A stretch of 64,000 nucleotides of DNA from a virus (taxonomy: Duplodnaviria > Caudoviricetes). Shown here one piece after another: positions 48,596 to 60,760 of the stretch. The stretch spans positions 1 to 64,000 of the IMG/VR virus record IMGVR_UViG_3300010352_001405; one strand, 5' to 3'. The notes under the pieces are model-generated. The model was not told the origin of the DNA and ran no database searches. It was given only the letters and a program-made list of their open reading frames with translations. The first letter of the stretch is position 1; every line of letters starts with the position of its first letter. The position numbers and the translations under genes are program-made.

Positions 48596-48964
48596 TTGAA
48601 ACAGATAAATTATTTCAAATTTCTTGAACAATATCCAGAATTTATTGGTTTTGATGAATCTATTCCAATTAAATTAGCTTTACTTTCCGAAGTAAAGAAA
48701 CAATATTGGTTTAAAAAAGAAGGAGAAATAGCTAGATTATTGCCTTTGAATTTTCACAATAAACAAACTACATTTTTTTGTAATCACTTACGTATAAAAT
48801 ATAGAAAAGCTGATGTTGCAATCATATGGACAGACGATGAAAATCACATAAAATATTTTTCTTATAACATTAAACCCAATATTTATATAATGATGGAAAA
48901 AGAAGAAATGATTAATTTAAAAAGAGAAATATTAATAAAGGAAATGTTATTGAATAAATCATGA
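48596..48964 (+). CDS. Hypothetical protein, paralog of 25698-26123
   Basis: Shared N- and C-terminal motifs. Confidence 0.55.
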   Translation: MKQINYFKFLEQYPEFIGFDESIPIKLALLSEVKKQYWFKKEGEIARLLPLNFHNKQTTFFCNHLRIKYRKADVAIIWTDDENHIKYFSYNIKPNIYIMMEKEEMINLKREILIKEMLLNKS

Positions 48965-50658
48965 TAATTAACTCTATAAGCATAAGGAACTTTAAAAGCT
49001 ACGGAAATAACTTACAAAAGTTGTCTTTCGGCAAAGATGCTGAACTCATACTAATTGTGGGGGAAAACGGGGGTGGAAAAAGTAGTCTTTTAGAATCCAT
49101 AGACTTTACATTATATAGTATAGTCAGAGGTAAAAATTCTAAAAGAGTTCCTAATTATATACTTCCTAATAGAACAAATAAAAATTTAGAAACAGAAATT
49201 GATTTTATTAATTGGAATAATGATAAAGTAGTTATAAATAGAAAATTAAATCCAAAGGGATTTGATTTATTCATTAATGATATAAATAGAACAGATGAAT
49301 ATAATTTGATGTCTCAAGATGATAAAGATGAAATAATTGGAATTGAGTATAATACATATAAATCTTTAGTTTCATTAAATCTTGCAGATTTCGCTAATTT
49401 CATCAATTTAGACACTGATACTAAGAAAAAATTATTGAACAAAATATTTAACATTGAAGAAATTGATGATTATTTTTCTATAACAAAAGAATTATTGAAA
49501 AATACATATAGAAAAAAAGAAAAAATTGAAACTCATATATCATTAAATAATAATACGATAAATACTTATAAGAATAATATACAAAATATTTTACAATTGA
49601 GTGGTAATATCAATAAAGATGATATTAAAGATAAAATGTTATCTTATAAAGATAAATACAAAGAATTAGAAGATGATATAAAAGAATTAAGTGTTTTACA
49701 ACACAACATTAAAAAAGAAATAGATTCAAAAAAAGAGGTTTATGTTGCCAAAAAAAATAAAATATATCAAGATGAAATAGAATTGAATGAATTGGGTAAA
49801 AAAATAGATATATTCAAACAAGGTAATTGTCCTTTTTGTGGTTCTATATTAACAGATGATATTCATAAAGTGGAATTAGAACAATTGAATATTAATTATG
49901 AAGATTTTTCAAAAAGAGTATTGGAACTTAAAAAAAGTTTTAATATCTTAAAAAACGATTTAAACGATAAATTAAATGATAGAAAGAATGTATCAAATGA
50001 AAGGGAATCTAAAAAATTAGAGTTTGAATTAATTAAAAATGAACTTATTAATCTCAAGAAAACGTATTATCAAAATATAGAATCATTGTCTATTGATGAA
50101 ATAAATAAAAACATATTAAATACACAAAATGATAATTTAAAGTATGAAAAGGTGCTTGATAAAATAAATATTAAAATCGAAAAATATCAAAAATTAGTAG
50201 ATATATTATCAGAAAAAGGAATAAGAAAGGGGATAATAAATAACGTAGTGGATCCAATTAATGAACATCTTAATAAATATTTAATCGAATTAGAATCAAA
50301 ATATAATGTAAAATTAAATGATGAATTTGATGCTATTATTAAAGAAAGATTTACGGAGGATATTCATGTAGAATCATTATCGACAGGTGAATCTAGAAAA
50401 ATAAATATAGCTATTGCACTATCTTATATGGAAATGGTGCTGAATATGAACAGAAAAACAAATATATTATTTATGGACGAAGTATTTGCGTCAGTGGATC
50501 CAGATAATATAGATTTAATGTTAAAAGTTTTACGAACTTTTTCCAAGAAAAATAATATAAATGTTATTATAGTAAATCATTCAACTTTTGATACCGCCAA
50601 ATTTGATAGGGTAATAGAAATTGAAAAAATATTAGGATATTCGCAAATAAAAGTATAA
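48961..50658 (+). CDS. SbcC/Rad50/T4 gp46-like recombination ATPase
   Basis: NFKSYGN, GENGGGKS, CPFCG hook, LSTGE signature, LFMDEVF, IIVNH. Confidence 0.9.
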   Translation: MIINSISIRNFKSYGNNLQKLSFGKDAELILIVGENGGGKSSLLESIDFTLYSIVRGKNSKRVPNYILPNRTNKNLETEIDFINWNNDKVVINRKLNPKGFDLFINDINRTDEYNLMSQDDKDEIIGIEYNTYKSLVSLNLADFANFINLDTDTKKKLLNKIFNIEEIDDYFSITKELLKNTYRKKEKIETHISLNNNTINTYKNNIQNILQLSGNINKDDIKDKMLSYKDKYKELEDDIKELSVLQHNIKKEIDSKKEVYVAKKNKIYQDEIELNELGKKIDIFKQGNCPFCGSILTDDIHKVELEQLNINYEDFSKRVLELKKSFNILKNDLNDKLNDRKNVSNERESKKLEFELIKNELINLKKTYYQNIESLSIDEINKNILNTQNDNLKYEKVLDKINIKIEKYQKLVDILSEKGIRKGIINNVVDPINEHLNKYLIELESKYNVKLNDEFDAIIKERFTEDIHVESLSTGESRKINIAIALSYMEMVLNMNRKTNILFMDEVFASVDPDNIDLMLKVLRTFSKKNNINVIIVNHSTFDTAKFDRVIEIEKILGYSQIKV

Positions 50659-50825
50659 AAAATAATGGAAGAAAAATCAAAAAAAAGAGGATCAATTATG
50701 ATTAACATTGATAATTTTAACGAACATCAATTGAATATATCTGATGTCAATGATAATAATGTTATTGATAAATGATTGTTTTGATTTTAATGAAGTTTGA
50801 ATAAATAAAAAATAAATAATAAGTT

Positions 50826-51278
50826 ATGAAAAAATCATTCTATATAATATTAATGATATTGATATTTTTTTTAATCACTGGATTTATAACGTATTTAATT
50901 ATAAATATTAATAGTACCAATAAGATAAATGATATCAAAAAAGAAAATGTATCTAAAATTTCTAATGATCCTAAATCAAAAATAATATTTGTAATAATAG
51001 GTAAAAACATTGATTTCAATAAAATGGAAATTGATGATATAGTAGATCAGATACAAAAGGATAGTATTTTAGAAATAAAAAAACTATCTCCTGAAATTTA
51101 CATTAAACCTCAAATAATTAAGGTATATCTAGTTGAAGATATAACATGTAATTATCTTAAAAAGAGATTTGATAAAAATATGGCAGGTGAAATTGTATAC
51201 GAATATAACGGTAAACTTTTAATAAAATTAAATGATGGTGTAATAAAAGTATATCACGGACACAATCATGGGAAGTAA
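50826..51278 (+). CDS. Hypothetical membrane-anchored protein
   Basis: N-terminal TM. Confidence 0.5.
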   Translation: MKKSFYIILMILIFFLITGFITYLIININSTNKINDIKKENVSKISNDPKSKIIFVIIGKNIDFNKMEIDDIVDQIQKDSILEIKKLSPEIYIKPQIIKVYLVEDITCNYLKKRFDKNMAGEIVYEYNGKLLIKLNDGVIKVYHGHNHGK

Positions 51279-51531
51279 TTATAAAAAAATAGAATTTGAA
51301 TCCGAGGGTTCCTATGGTTTAATAGAAAAACACTGGTTATATGTTGAATCATCTCGTTCGTGTGATTATGTAAATGTGTACGATGAGAATGGAAAAAAAT
51401 TATTCGGATTTGGTGAATGGGGAGATTTCGACATGGGAGATGCACTGGTTGTTGCATTCACAAACTGGAATGATGAAAGAATGAAAAGTGTTTCTATTGA
51501 AGAAATGAAAAAATTAAAATTAAAAAAATAA
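51268..51531 (+). CDS. Hypothetical protein
   Basis: ORF track. Confidence 0.5.
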   Translation: MGSNYKKIEFESEGSYGLIEKHWLYVESSRSCDYVNVYDENGKKLFGFGEWGDFDMGDALVVAFTNWNDERMKSVSIEEMKKLKLKK

Positions 51532-51560
51532 AACATTTTTTTTATTCTAAATATAATTTG

Positions 51561-51568
51561 TACTTTTG
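51561..51568 (+). promoter_or_regulatory. Bacteroidota-type -7 promoter element TAnnTTTG (also at 17800, 18826, 29308, 42179, 55209, 58686)
   Basis: tacttttg 30 nt upstream of the start; recurs in intergenic regions ahead of plus-strand genes. Confidence 0.65.
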
Positions 51569-51598
51569 CATAAAATTACATAAAATTTATAAATATAG

Positions 51599-52372
51599 AT
51601 GAACATAAAACAAACTTTTTTAAAATTAACAAGTTTCACTATTCCACATGGAATGGAATATACTTTAGAAAGATATTTTCCGAGAGGAATACAGGAAGAC
51701 GAATGCGGAAATTATTATATTAAAATTGGAGATAGTAGAACAATTTTTACTTGTCACATGGATACTGCTTGTGGTGGGTATGAAAGGGTTAAACACGTTA
51801 TAAACGGAGGAATTATTTCAACTGATGGTAGAACAGTTCTGAGTGGGGATGATAAAAATGGTATGACAATTCTATTTTATATGATTGAACAAAAAGTACC
51901 AGGTACATATTATTTTTTTCAAGGTGAGGAAAGTGGTATGGTTGGAGCACGGGCGATTTTAAGAACAAATAAAGATTTTTTTAATGATTTTGATAGGATG
52001 GTTTCTTTTGATCGAAGAGCATATACATCAATTATAACACATCAATTAGGAAAGAGAGGATGTAGTGAAGAATTTTCAATCGCATTGTCTGAACAATTTA
52101 GAAATCAAGGACTTCAATATAGATCAGATAAAACTGGAATATTTACAGATAGTGCTTCCTTTATAGGAATTATTCCAGAAGTAACAAATTTATCTTGTGG
52201 ATATTTTAATGAACATTCACATTCCGAAAGAACTGATATTATTTTCTTAGAAAAATTGGCTAAAGCTGCTTGTTTGGTTAAATGGGAAGAACTCCCAACA
52301 AGCAAAGAAAAACACGGTAATTATGATTATTATGGTTTTGGTTATGGTGATGATGAATATAATTGGTGGTAA
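51599..52372 (+). CDS. M28/M20-type zinc peptidase
   Basis: CHMDT, GDDKNG, GEESG, SFDRR, GYFNEH. Confidence 0.85.
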   Translation: MNIKQTFLKLTSFTIPHGMEYTLERYFPRGIQEDECGNYYIKIGDSRTIFTCHMDTACGGYERVKHVINGGIISTDGRTVLSGDDKNGMTILFYMIEQKVPGTYYFFQGEESGMVGARAILRTNKDFFNDFDRMVSFDRRAYTSIITHQLGKRGCSEEFSIALSEQFRNQGLQYRSDKTGIFTDSASFIGIIPEVTNLSCGYFNEHSHSERTDIIFLEKLAKAACLVKWEELPTSKEKHGNYDYYGFGYGDDEYNWW

Positions 52373-52615
52373 AAAATATTGATGGAATAAATATACATAA
52401 AAAAAAATATTACGAAAATGGGACAAAGTGTTAAAAAGAGAATTTTTAAAATTTGGAGAAAAAATAGAGCTAATAAATCAAAATTTAGAAAAAGATTAGA
52501 AAAAAATATTGAGATTTTAGAAAAATTTAAAATAGATGAATAAAAAATGTCAATTTGACAAAAATCCATTAATGGTACAAGAATTGAAATAATCAAAAAA
52601 AAATTAATTTAAAAT

Positions 52616-52903
52616 ATGGATATAAAAACTATGAAATTACTATCTGACAGAGTTTTAATTAAACCGTCAAAAGTTGATAATGTTACAAATGGAGGTATTA
52701 TTATACCGGATACTGCCAAAGAAAAACCACAAAGGGGTTTAGTTATCGCGGTTGGACCAGGAAAACAAGGTAAAGATGATGAAAAAATGACATTAAAAGT
52801 TGATGATTTTGTCATATATAATAAATATAGTGGTTCTGAGCTAACTATAGATGGACAAGAATATATAATTATGAAAGAAAACGATGTAATTGCGGTATTA
52901 TGA
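52616..52903 (+). CDS. groES: Co-chaperonin GroES
   Basis: DRVLIK, GGIIIPDTAKEKPQRG, AVGPG, KYSG. Confidence 0.97.
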   Translation: MDIKTMKLLSDRVLIKPSKVDNVTNGGIIIPDTAKEKPQRGLVIAVGPGKQGKDDEKMTLKVDDFVIYNKYSGSELTIDGQEYIIMKENDVIAVL

Positions 52904-53124
52904 AAGTAAAAGAATTGATTGATACTTTATTAAAATATCCTGATAACATGGTTGTGGTAGTCGATGGTTATGAAGTCGGGTTTGATAATATAGTTGATAT
53001 GGAAATTATTGATATTTATAAAAGAAAAAATAAATCTTGGTGGGAGGGTGAATATACTAAGGAGGATAATTTATCCGATAAGAGTATAAAATGTGTACAT
53101 TTACTTTCACGAGTTGTAAAATGA
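52900..53124 (+). CDS. Hypothetical phage protein
   Basis: MKVKELIDTLLKYPDNMVVVVDGYE. Confidence 0.6.
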   Translation: MKVKELIDTLLKYPDNMVVVVDGYEVGFDNIVDMEIIDIYKRKNKSWWEGEYTKEDNLSDKSIKCVHLLSRVVK

Positions 53125-53131
53125 ATAATAT

Positions 53132-53479
53132 ATGGGACATATTATTTTGTATATAATAATATTATTATTAGGATTATTATTATTTAAAGTGGTTTACGAT
53201 TCACAAAAGAAACATAATTGGTTTAATAAACTCAAACCAAATGAAAAAATTATTGTGAAAATTTTTTCAGAAAATTGTGAATGCTATAAAGAAGCTTTTG
53301 TGATAAAAGAATCTGATGGCAAATTTATAGAAGCTAAATTATCAAATGAAGCTATTGAAAAGTGTACAAATTGCGCTGAATTAAATAGTAAAAATAAAAA
53401 AGGACAAATTACTTGTTGGTATAAAGTAACAATGTTTCCTAAAGAATATGTCGATAAAACAAATTTTGATAATAATTGA
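53132..53479 (+). CDS. Hypothetical membrane protein
   Basis: N-terminal TM, CxC and CxxC. Confidence 0.55.
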   Translation: MGHIILYIIILLLGLLLFKVVYDSQKKHNWFNKLKPNEKIIVKIFSENCECYKEAFVIKESDGKFIEAKLSNEAIEKCTNCAELNSKNKKGQITCWYKVTMFPKEYVDKTNFDNN

Positions 53480-53509
53480 AAAATGAATGGATTAATAAAA
53501 AATAATTGA

Positions 53510-55153
<1,644 letters not shown>

Positions 55154-55165
55154 AAAAAATAATGG

Positions 55166-55208
55166 CAATCAATTTATGTAATAATTTTTTTATTACATAA
55201 ATTGATTG
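55166..55208. repeat. 19-bp perfect inverted repeat after groEL
   Basis: caatcaatttatgtaataa / ttattacataaattgattg. Confidence 0.85.
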
Positions 55209-55477
55209 TATATTTGTTATACCTAAATAAAAAATATTTATTGCTGCAAAAATGGAATACAGAATAGTAGAAAAAAATTTAAAATTCTATCCTCAAGAAA
55301 AAGGATGGTCCACACTATGGTTTTGGGATTATTTTCATATGAAAAATCAATCCTTATACCAAGACGACTTTATTAGGTGTTCATTCAATACATATGACGA
55401 AGCATTGGATTTCATAAAAGATAAAAAATCTAAAAAAAAGAAAATTCATAAAATTAATTTTTCATAAATATATCACA

Positions 55478-56791
55478 ATGTTCAAAAAATTTTTCGATAA
55501 ATTAATAAATAGGCCGAAATGTTTAACATATATCTATAAAAGATATAGTGATGATATAGAAAAAATGTTAGATATCCTTGAAAATTATAGAAACTTCGAG
55601 GAACCTCCAAGACATTTTAAATTTAATTATCCTCCGCATTATAAATCAAGAATAAATAAATTCTCAGATTTGACTGAGATCAACAATGATAAAAGAAAAT
55701 ATAAAACATATTATTGTGAATCACCAACATCCAGTGTAAATGGTTTTATTAGAATTCTTAATAGATATAAATTTTTTGATGTTGTCGATAATTGGGATCT
55801 ATATATTCCAAGTGGTTATAACAGAATTGAAATAGAACTAGATAAATTGAATCCAACAAGACCTGATCAAATTATATTTGGAATTCAAGGATGTGATGAA
55901 GTTGTTAGTAAGCCAGGTCTTTGGAAAATGTTAGAGAATAAATATGGTCGTGAAAAAGCAATGACCATAATGCCACAAACGTATCTTTTTGAAAACGATG
56001 AACATATCAATTTATTTAAAGAAAATTACGAAGAAGGGAAGACATATATTCTTAAAAAAAGAAAGCAGAGAAAAGAAGGTCTTCTTTTAACAAGAGACAT
56101 TAATGAAATACTATCAGCAAAAGAAAAAGAATTTACTATAATTCAAGATTATAAAAATGACGTTCTTCTCATCAATAATAGAAAAATCAATCTCCGTATT
56201 TATTTACTTTTAACAATAAAAAATGGAATATTAGAAGCTCATATTAATAAATATGGTACTTGCATATATAATAATAAAGATTACGATGATACGTCATTGG
56301 ATTTCGAACATAATATAACAAGTTTCAACTTAAATCTAAAAATATATGATAAAAATCCAATGACATTTAAACAATTAAGAACTTATTTGTCTGAACACGG
56401 ATATGAAAATCCTGAAATTCTTTTTGATAGAATTGAAGATAACGTAAAATTGTTATGTGATGCAATAAAAAATAATATTGGGAGAGGACACAATTTGAAA
56501 GATAATTTATGTGTTCAAATTTTCGGATTAGATTTTATTATTGATAAAGATCTTAATCCTTATTTATTAGAATGTAATAAAGGTCCAGATATGTCGCCAA
56601 AGAAAGACACTGGATTCGCTGATCTAATTAATAAATTAGAAGATTTTTATATGTCTGAAAATTTAGTAGAAAAATCATATCCCGATGGATATAAATCAGG
56701 AAATGGATTGAAAGTACAAAGAGATTTGTTCAAATATTTAGGAATAATAGATTTAAAATCAACAAATAACGGTTTTTACAGGGTATATTAA
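55478..56791 (+). CDS. Tubulin-tyrosine ligase (TTL/TTLL)-like ATP-grasp ligase
   Basis: MPQTY, IIQDY..LLINNRKINLRIYLL, QIFGLDFIIDKDLNPYLLECNKGP. Confidence 0.85.
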   Translation: MFKKFFDKLINRPKCLTYIYKRYSDDIEKMLDILENYRNFEEPPRHFKFNYPPHYKSRINKFSDLTEINNDKRKYKTYYCESPTSSVNGFIRILNRYKFFDVVDNWDLYIPSGYNRIEIELDKLNPTRPDQIIFGIQGCDEVVSKPGLWKMLENKYGREKAMTIMPQTYLFENDEHINLFKENYEEGKTYILKKRKQRKEGLLLTRDINEILSAKEKEFTIIQDYKNDVLLINNRKINLRIYLLLTIKNGILEAHINKYGTCIYNNKDYDDTSLDFEHNITSFNLNLKIYDKNPMTFKQLRTYLSEHGYENPEILFDRIEDNVKLLCDAIKNNIGRGHNLKDNLCVQIFGLDFIIDKDLNPYLLECNKGPDMSPKKDTGFADLINKLEDFYMSENLVEKSYPDGYKSGNGLKVQRDLFKYLGIIDLKSTNNGFYRVY

Positions 56792-56804
56792 AATATAATA
56801 AAAA

Positions 56805-56981
56805 ATGAAATTAAGAGAAGTTCTTAATGATAAATATGAAAATAAATATTCTATCGTTGAAGATATTATTTCAGAAATGAAAGAAAGAGTTCAATCCGGT
56901 GAAGATCCCGAAGAAGTTCTCTATGATGAAGGATTGGAACCGGATTATGTTTTTGATCTTTTAGATGAATGTGATTTATAA
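56805..56981 (+). CDS. Small hypothetical phage protein
   Basis: Manual translation ending GEDPEEVLYDEGLEPDYVFDLL. Confidence 0.55.
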   Translation: MKLREVLNDKYENKYSIVEDIISEMKERVQSGEDPEEVLYDEGLEPDYVFDLLDECDL

Positions 56982-56998
56982 ACCTTAAAATTAAATAA

Positions 56999-57772
56999 AT
57001 GAAAAAATTATTAATCTTTTTATTTGCACTTATTTTTAGTGCGTCGATTTTTGCACAGGATACTATTAAAGAATCCATTTATATTCCAGATAGACCTGGT
57101 TATACAGCTAATGCCAATCTAATTGGATTACACCAAATGGATATTGAAATGGGGTTTGGTTATAATTATGTTAATTGCGGCGATGTAAATAATATTTTTT
57201 ATAATACTACTTATTTTCGATACGGGATATTTAAACACTTAGAGATTAGAGCGGGAATTGATTTTGGTGAAATATCAACGCCAATTTATAATAGTATAGG
57301 AGTAAAAGGATTGAATATTGGAGTTAAAATTCCAATTATAAAAGATGTTAAATATGCTCCAGATATTGCTATTCTAGCATATACATATCTTCCTAATATT
57401 GGGATACCGGAATTTAGTATTCCTGATTATGCTCCAGCAATGACACTTTGTTTACAAAAATGTTTTTTTGATAGATTAATACTACTTGGAAACGCCGGTT
57501 TTTTCTATGATGGTATAAATCCTTATGCACAAGGAAATATTTCTTTAGCAACTTATTTTTTTATTACGAAAAAAATGGCTATATTTGTAGAAACAAATTG
57601 TTTATATTCAGATATGAACAATCCAAATAATATGGGAGATACAGGAATGATATTTTATGTCACGGATAATATCCAATTGGATTTATCTTTTGGTATAAAT
57701 TATGTTAAAGGAATTGATAATTCATTTATTAACACTGGATTTTCTTGGAGGATTCCAAATAAAAATAAATAA
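56999..57772 (+). CDS. Outer-membrane beta-barrel transporter (Phenol_MetA_deg-like)
   Basis: Signal peptide, DRPG, RYGI..LEIR, QLDLS.G, terminal GFSWRI. Confidence 0.7.
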   Translation: MKKLLIFLFALIFSASIFAQDTIKESIYIPDRPGYTANANLIGLHQMDIEMGFGYNYVNCGDVNNIFYNTTYFRYGIFKHLEIRAGIDFGEISTPIYNSIGVKGLNIGVKIPIIKDVKYAPDIAILAYTYLPNIGIPEFSIPDYAPAMTLCLQKCFFDRLILLGNAGFFYDGINPYAQGNISLATYFFITKKMAIFVETNCLYSDMNNPNNMGDTGMIFYVTDNIQLDLSFGINYVKGIDNSFINTGFSWRIPNKNK

Positions 57773-57801
57773 TTTTATAATTAAAAAATAATAAAAAAAT
57801 T

Positions 57802-58401
57802 ATGTCACATTTCACAGTAATGGTAATTGGAAATAATCCCGAAGAACAATTAGCGCGTTATGATGAGAATTTGGATACTGAACCATACGTGGTTGGTAAA
57901 GTTTCAGAAGATGATAAAAAAAATTTTGTAGATTATTATATTAAATTATATCCAGAAGACGCTGCTCTTCCTTTCGATAACTTGTACATTAAAAACTGTG
58001 ATAATTGGAATAATCATCAATGGGAAAAAAACGAAGACGGGGAATGGGAAGAATGGTCTACATACAATCCGGATTCTAAGTGGGATTGGTATGCCTTAGG
58101 TGGCCGATGGAGTGGTATGATTAAATTGAAAAAGGGAACAAAAGGCACAAAAGGAAGATCCGGTGTTTTTAATAACGAAGTCGGTATTGATTCGGCTATG
58201 AAGGGAGATATCGATAATTTAGATGAACTTAAAACATTTGCAGTTTTGAAAGATGGTGAATGGTATGAAAGAGGAAAGATGGGTTGGTGGGGAATAACAA
58301 CTAACGAAATGGATGAAACATCTTGGGATAAAGAAATAGTAGAATTTCTTCGTGATTTACCAGATTATACTTTAATTTCAATATACGATTGTCATATTTA
58401 A
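57802..58401 (+). CDS. Conserved hypothetical phage protein
   Basis: MSHFTVMVIG, YNPDSKWDWYALGGRW, YDCHI. Confidence 0.65.
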   Translation: MSHFTVMVIGNNPEEQLARYDENLDTEPYVVGKVSEDDKKNFVDYYIKLYPEDAALPFDNLYIKNCDNWNNHQWEKNEDGEWEEWSTYNPDSKWDWYALGGRWSGMIKLKKGTKGTKGRSGVFNNEVGIDSAMKGDIDNLDELKTFAVLKDGEWYERGKMGWWGITTNEMDETSWDKEIVEFLRDLPDYTLISIYDCHI

Positions 58402-58718
58402 AATTATGATGAGAAATCTTTTAAAATATTATATTTATAATTACACGAAAAATATAATAATTATTTTTATGTTTTTTATAACTATGCCAATAAATTATTA
58501 TTTTGTGAAAAATTTATTTGAGTGTGGATTGTTTTTGATATGTCTTATAATATTTAATACAATAATAGGAGTATCCTATAGTTTTGGCATAGAAGAGTTT
58601 AATAAATTCGTTAAGAAAAAGTCGATTTTTTAAAAAGTATTTATTAAAAAATATTAAAAAATTTTTTTATTACGATAAATAAATTTAATTTTGTACCATT
58701 ATTCTAAAAAATAATAAA

Positions 58719-59420
58719 ATGACAAATGAAAAAAAAGGAGGATGGTTAAAATCTATTCTCGTTAAGGAGGAAGAGTCAGTAGAAAACAAACAACCTGTTG
58801 GTAATGTTAATTATACATTTTCAATGCCACGGCAAATGAGTCAACCTAGCAACCAAACAATTGGACTAAACACAGAAACACCAGATCAAGCTTATCTTGA
58901 TCATTTATATAAATTCATGGAAGATCAAAATATTCCAGGTCCTGATTATTTTGAATTCGCTAACACTTTGCATGAAATGTCACGTATGGCAGGAGCTATC
59001 CCAGAGCAAAGTTTATTTCAATTAGCTTTTGTGAGTCTTAAAACACAGGGAATTACTCCCGAAATTTTAATTCAAACAGCACAGAAATACGTTGTCTTGT
59101 TTGAAAAACATAAACAAGAATTTGAAAATGTTTTATCTCAAGAAATACAAAAATCTGTAAATGTCAAGACACAAGAATGTCAATCTCTTGAACAAGCGAA
59201 TAAACAAGCCGAAGTTAAAATGGCCGAACTTCAGCAACAAATTCAATCTTTACAACAACAAATGATTATAAATGCTAAAAAAGTAGCCGAAAATAATGAT
59301 TTTATCCAAAGCGAAGGTCAGAAATTAAATATCAAAAAAAGTAAATTCGAAAAAGCTTATAGTATTGTTGTTGATAAAGTTAATGGAGATATTCAGAAAA
59401 TTCAAAACTATATCAAATGA
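58719..59420 (+). CDS. Coiled-coil protein, first gene of the PspA/ABC operon
   Basis: PGPDYFEF motif and long coiled coil. Confidence 0.6.
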   Translation: MTNEKKGGWLKSILVKEEESVENKQPVGNVNYTFSMPRQMSQPSNQTIGLNTETPDQAYLDHLYKFMEDQNIPGPDYFEFANTLHEMSRMAGAIPEQSLFQLAFVSLKTQGITPEILIQTAQKYVVLFEKHKQEFENVLSQEIQKSVNVKTQECQSLEQANKQAEVKMAELQQQIQSLQQQMIINAKKVAENNDFIQSEGQKLNIKKSKFEKAYSIVVDKVNGDIQKIQNYIK

Positions 59421-59513
59421 TAATATTAATCAAACTTTTGACATAATGACAATAAGTATCTATAAATAAAAATAACAACAATAATTAAACAAAAAACAAA
59501 AACAATTAAAATT

Positions 59514-60566
59514 ATGGAAATTAAAAATTATTTACCAACTGGTTCCGATGGAGGAAAAATTTTAACCAAAACAGAAAGGGGCGTTGCTTGGACAGTGGGG
59601 ATTGCACTACTATGTGGAGGAATATGGTTATTGTCATGGCTTCTACCAATTCTTATCGCTATAGTGAAAAATGCAATAGTGTTCGGTGCATTATTAGGAG
59701 TTACAGGACTTTTCATTTTTCTTATTTGGTCGAACAAATCAATGATTGCTCTTCGATATCAACTTTTCGTTAAGAAAATGTGGAGGAATATTGTAAAAAG
59801 TGATCCGATTTCTGTTATGGAAATTCAATGGCGTAAATGGTCTAAAAAGCGTCAAGAACTCAATCAATCTATCATTACTATGACCGCGGCTAAAAACGAT
59901 CTCTTAATGGCTATGGATAGTAAGAAAGCATTAGCCAATGAAAAATTTCAAGACGCTAAAACAGCTTCAGAATTAGCCGAAAAGAAAAAGGACGCTGAAT
60001 ATGGTCGTAAAGCAACTAAAAATTCAATTATTGCTAATCGTTTGATGCAATCCAATCAGAATTTTGTACCAAGATTAAAAGCAATTCAAACTGCTATCGC
60101 TTATTGCACAAAACTCTACGAAAGTTGGGGAGACGATTTGGAGCTTTTGAGACAAGATATTGATATGAAGAAAGAAGACCTAAAACTTTTATCGAGTACG
60201 TCAAACGCATTTGATTCAGCTAAAAGTATATTAAATGATGATCCAGATGAAAGAGCTCTTTGGGAAATGTCGGCTGACGCATATGCAGAAAAGGTCAGTA
60301 ACTATGTTGCAAATATCTCACGTTTCACAGACCAGGCTAAAAATTGGGTCTATGATAAAAGTATTCAAGAAGCATCTTGGGAAGATGAGGGTGAAAAACT
60401 TTTATCTATGTACGACACTGAAACTTTCAATCAACTCACAGATTTTCGCGCACTTGTAAATAAAGATGAAAATATTAGTTTTGCAGAAAAATCTAATGAT
60501 TATCAAAAGATTTTATCTGAACCAATGCCATCATCTAAATCATCAACATTCAAAGATTTAATATAA
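59514..60566 (+). CDS. Membrane-anchored PspA/IM30-like coiled-coil protein
   Basis: Two TM helices then DP-helix and coiled coil; operon context. Confidence 0.5.
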   Translation: MEIKNYLPTGSDGGKILTKTERGVAWTVGIALLCGGIWLLSWLLPILIAIVKNAIVFGALLGVTGLFIFLIWSNKSMIALRYQLFVKKMWRNIVKSDPISVMEIQWRKWSKKRQELNQSIITMTAAKNDLLMAMDSKKALANEKFQDAKTASELAEKKKDAEYGRKATKNSIIANRLMQSNQNFVPRLKAIQTAIAYCTKLYESWGDDLELLRQDIDMKKEDLKLLSSTSNAFDSAKSILNDDPDERALWEMSADAYAEKVSNYVANISRFTDQAKNWVYDKSIQEASWEDEGEKLLSMYDTETFNQLTDFRALVNKDENISFAEKSNDYQKILSEPMPSSKSSTFKDLI

Positions 60567-60760
60567 TATAATTATTAACAATTTAAAAACAATAATAAAA
60601 TATGACAACATTAGATTGGATTGAATTATCACTATTAATAATTTTATTATTACTCCAAATATCGGGAGTTATATCAAATCAAAAAATAATTAATAGATTC
60701 AAAAAATAAAAAAAAGAAAATTAAAACAAACAATTATTAACAATTTAAAAACTCAAAATT

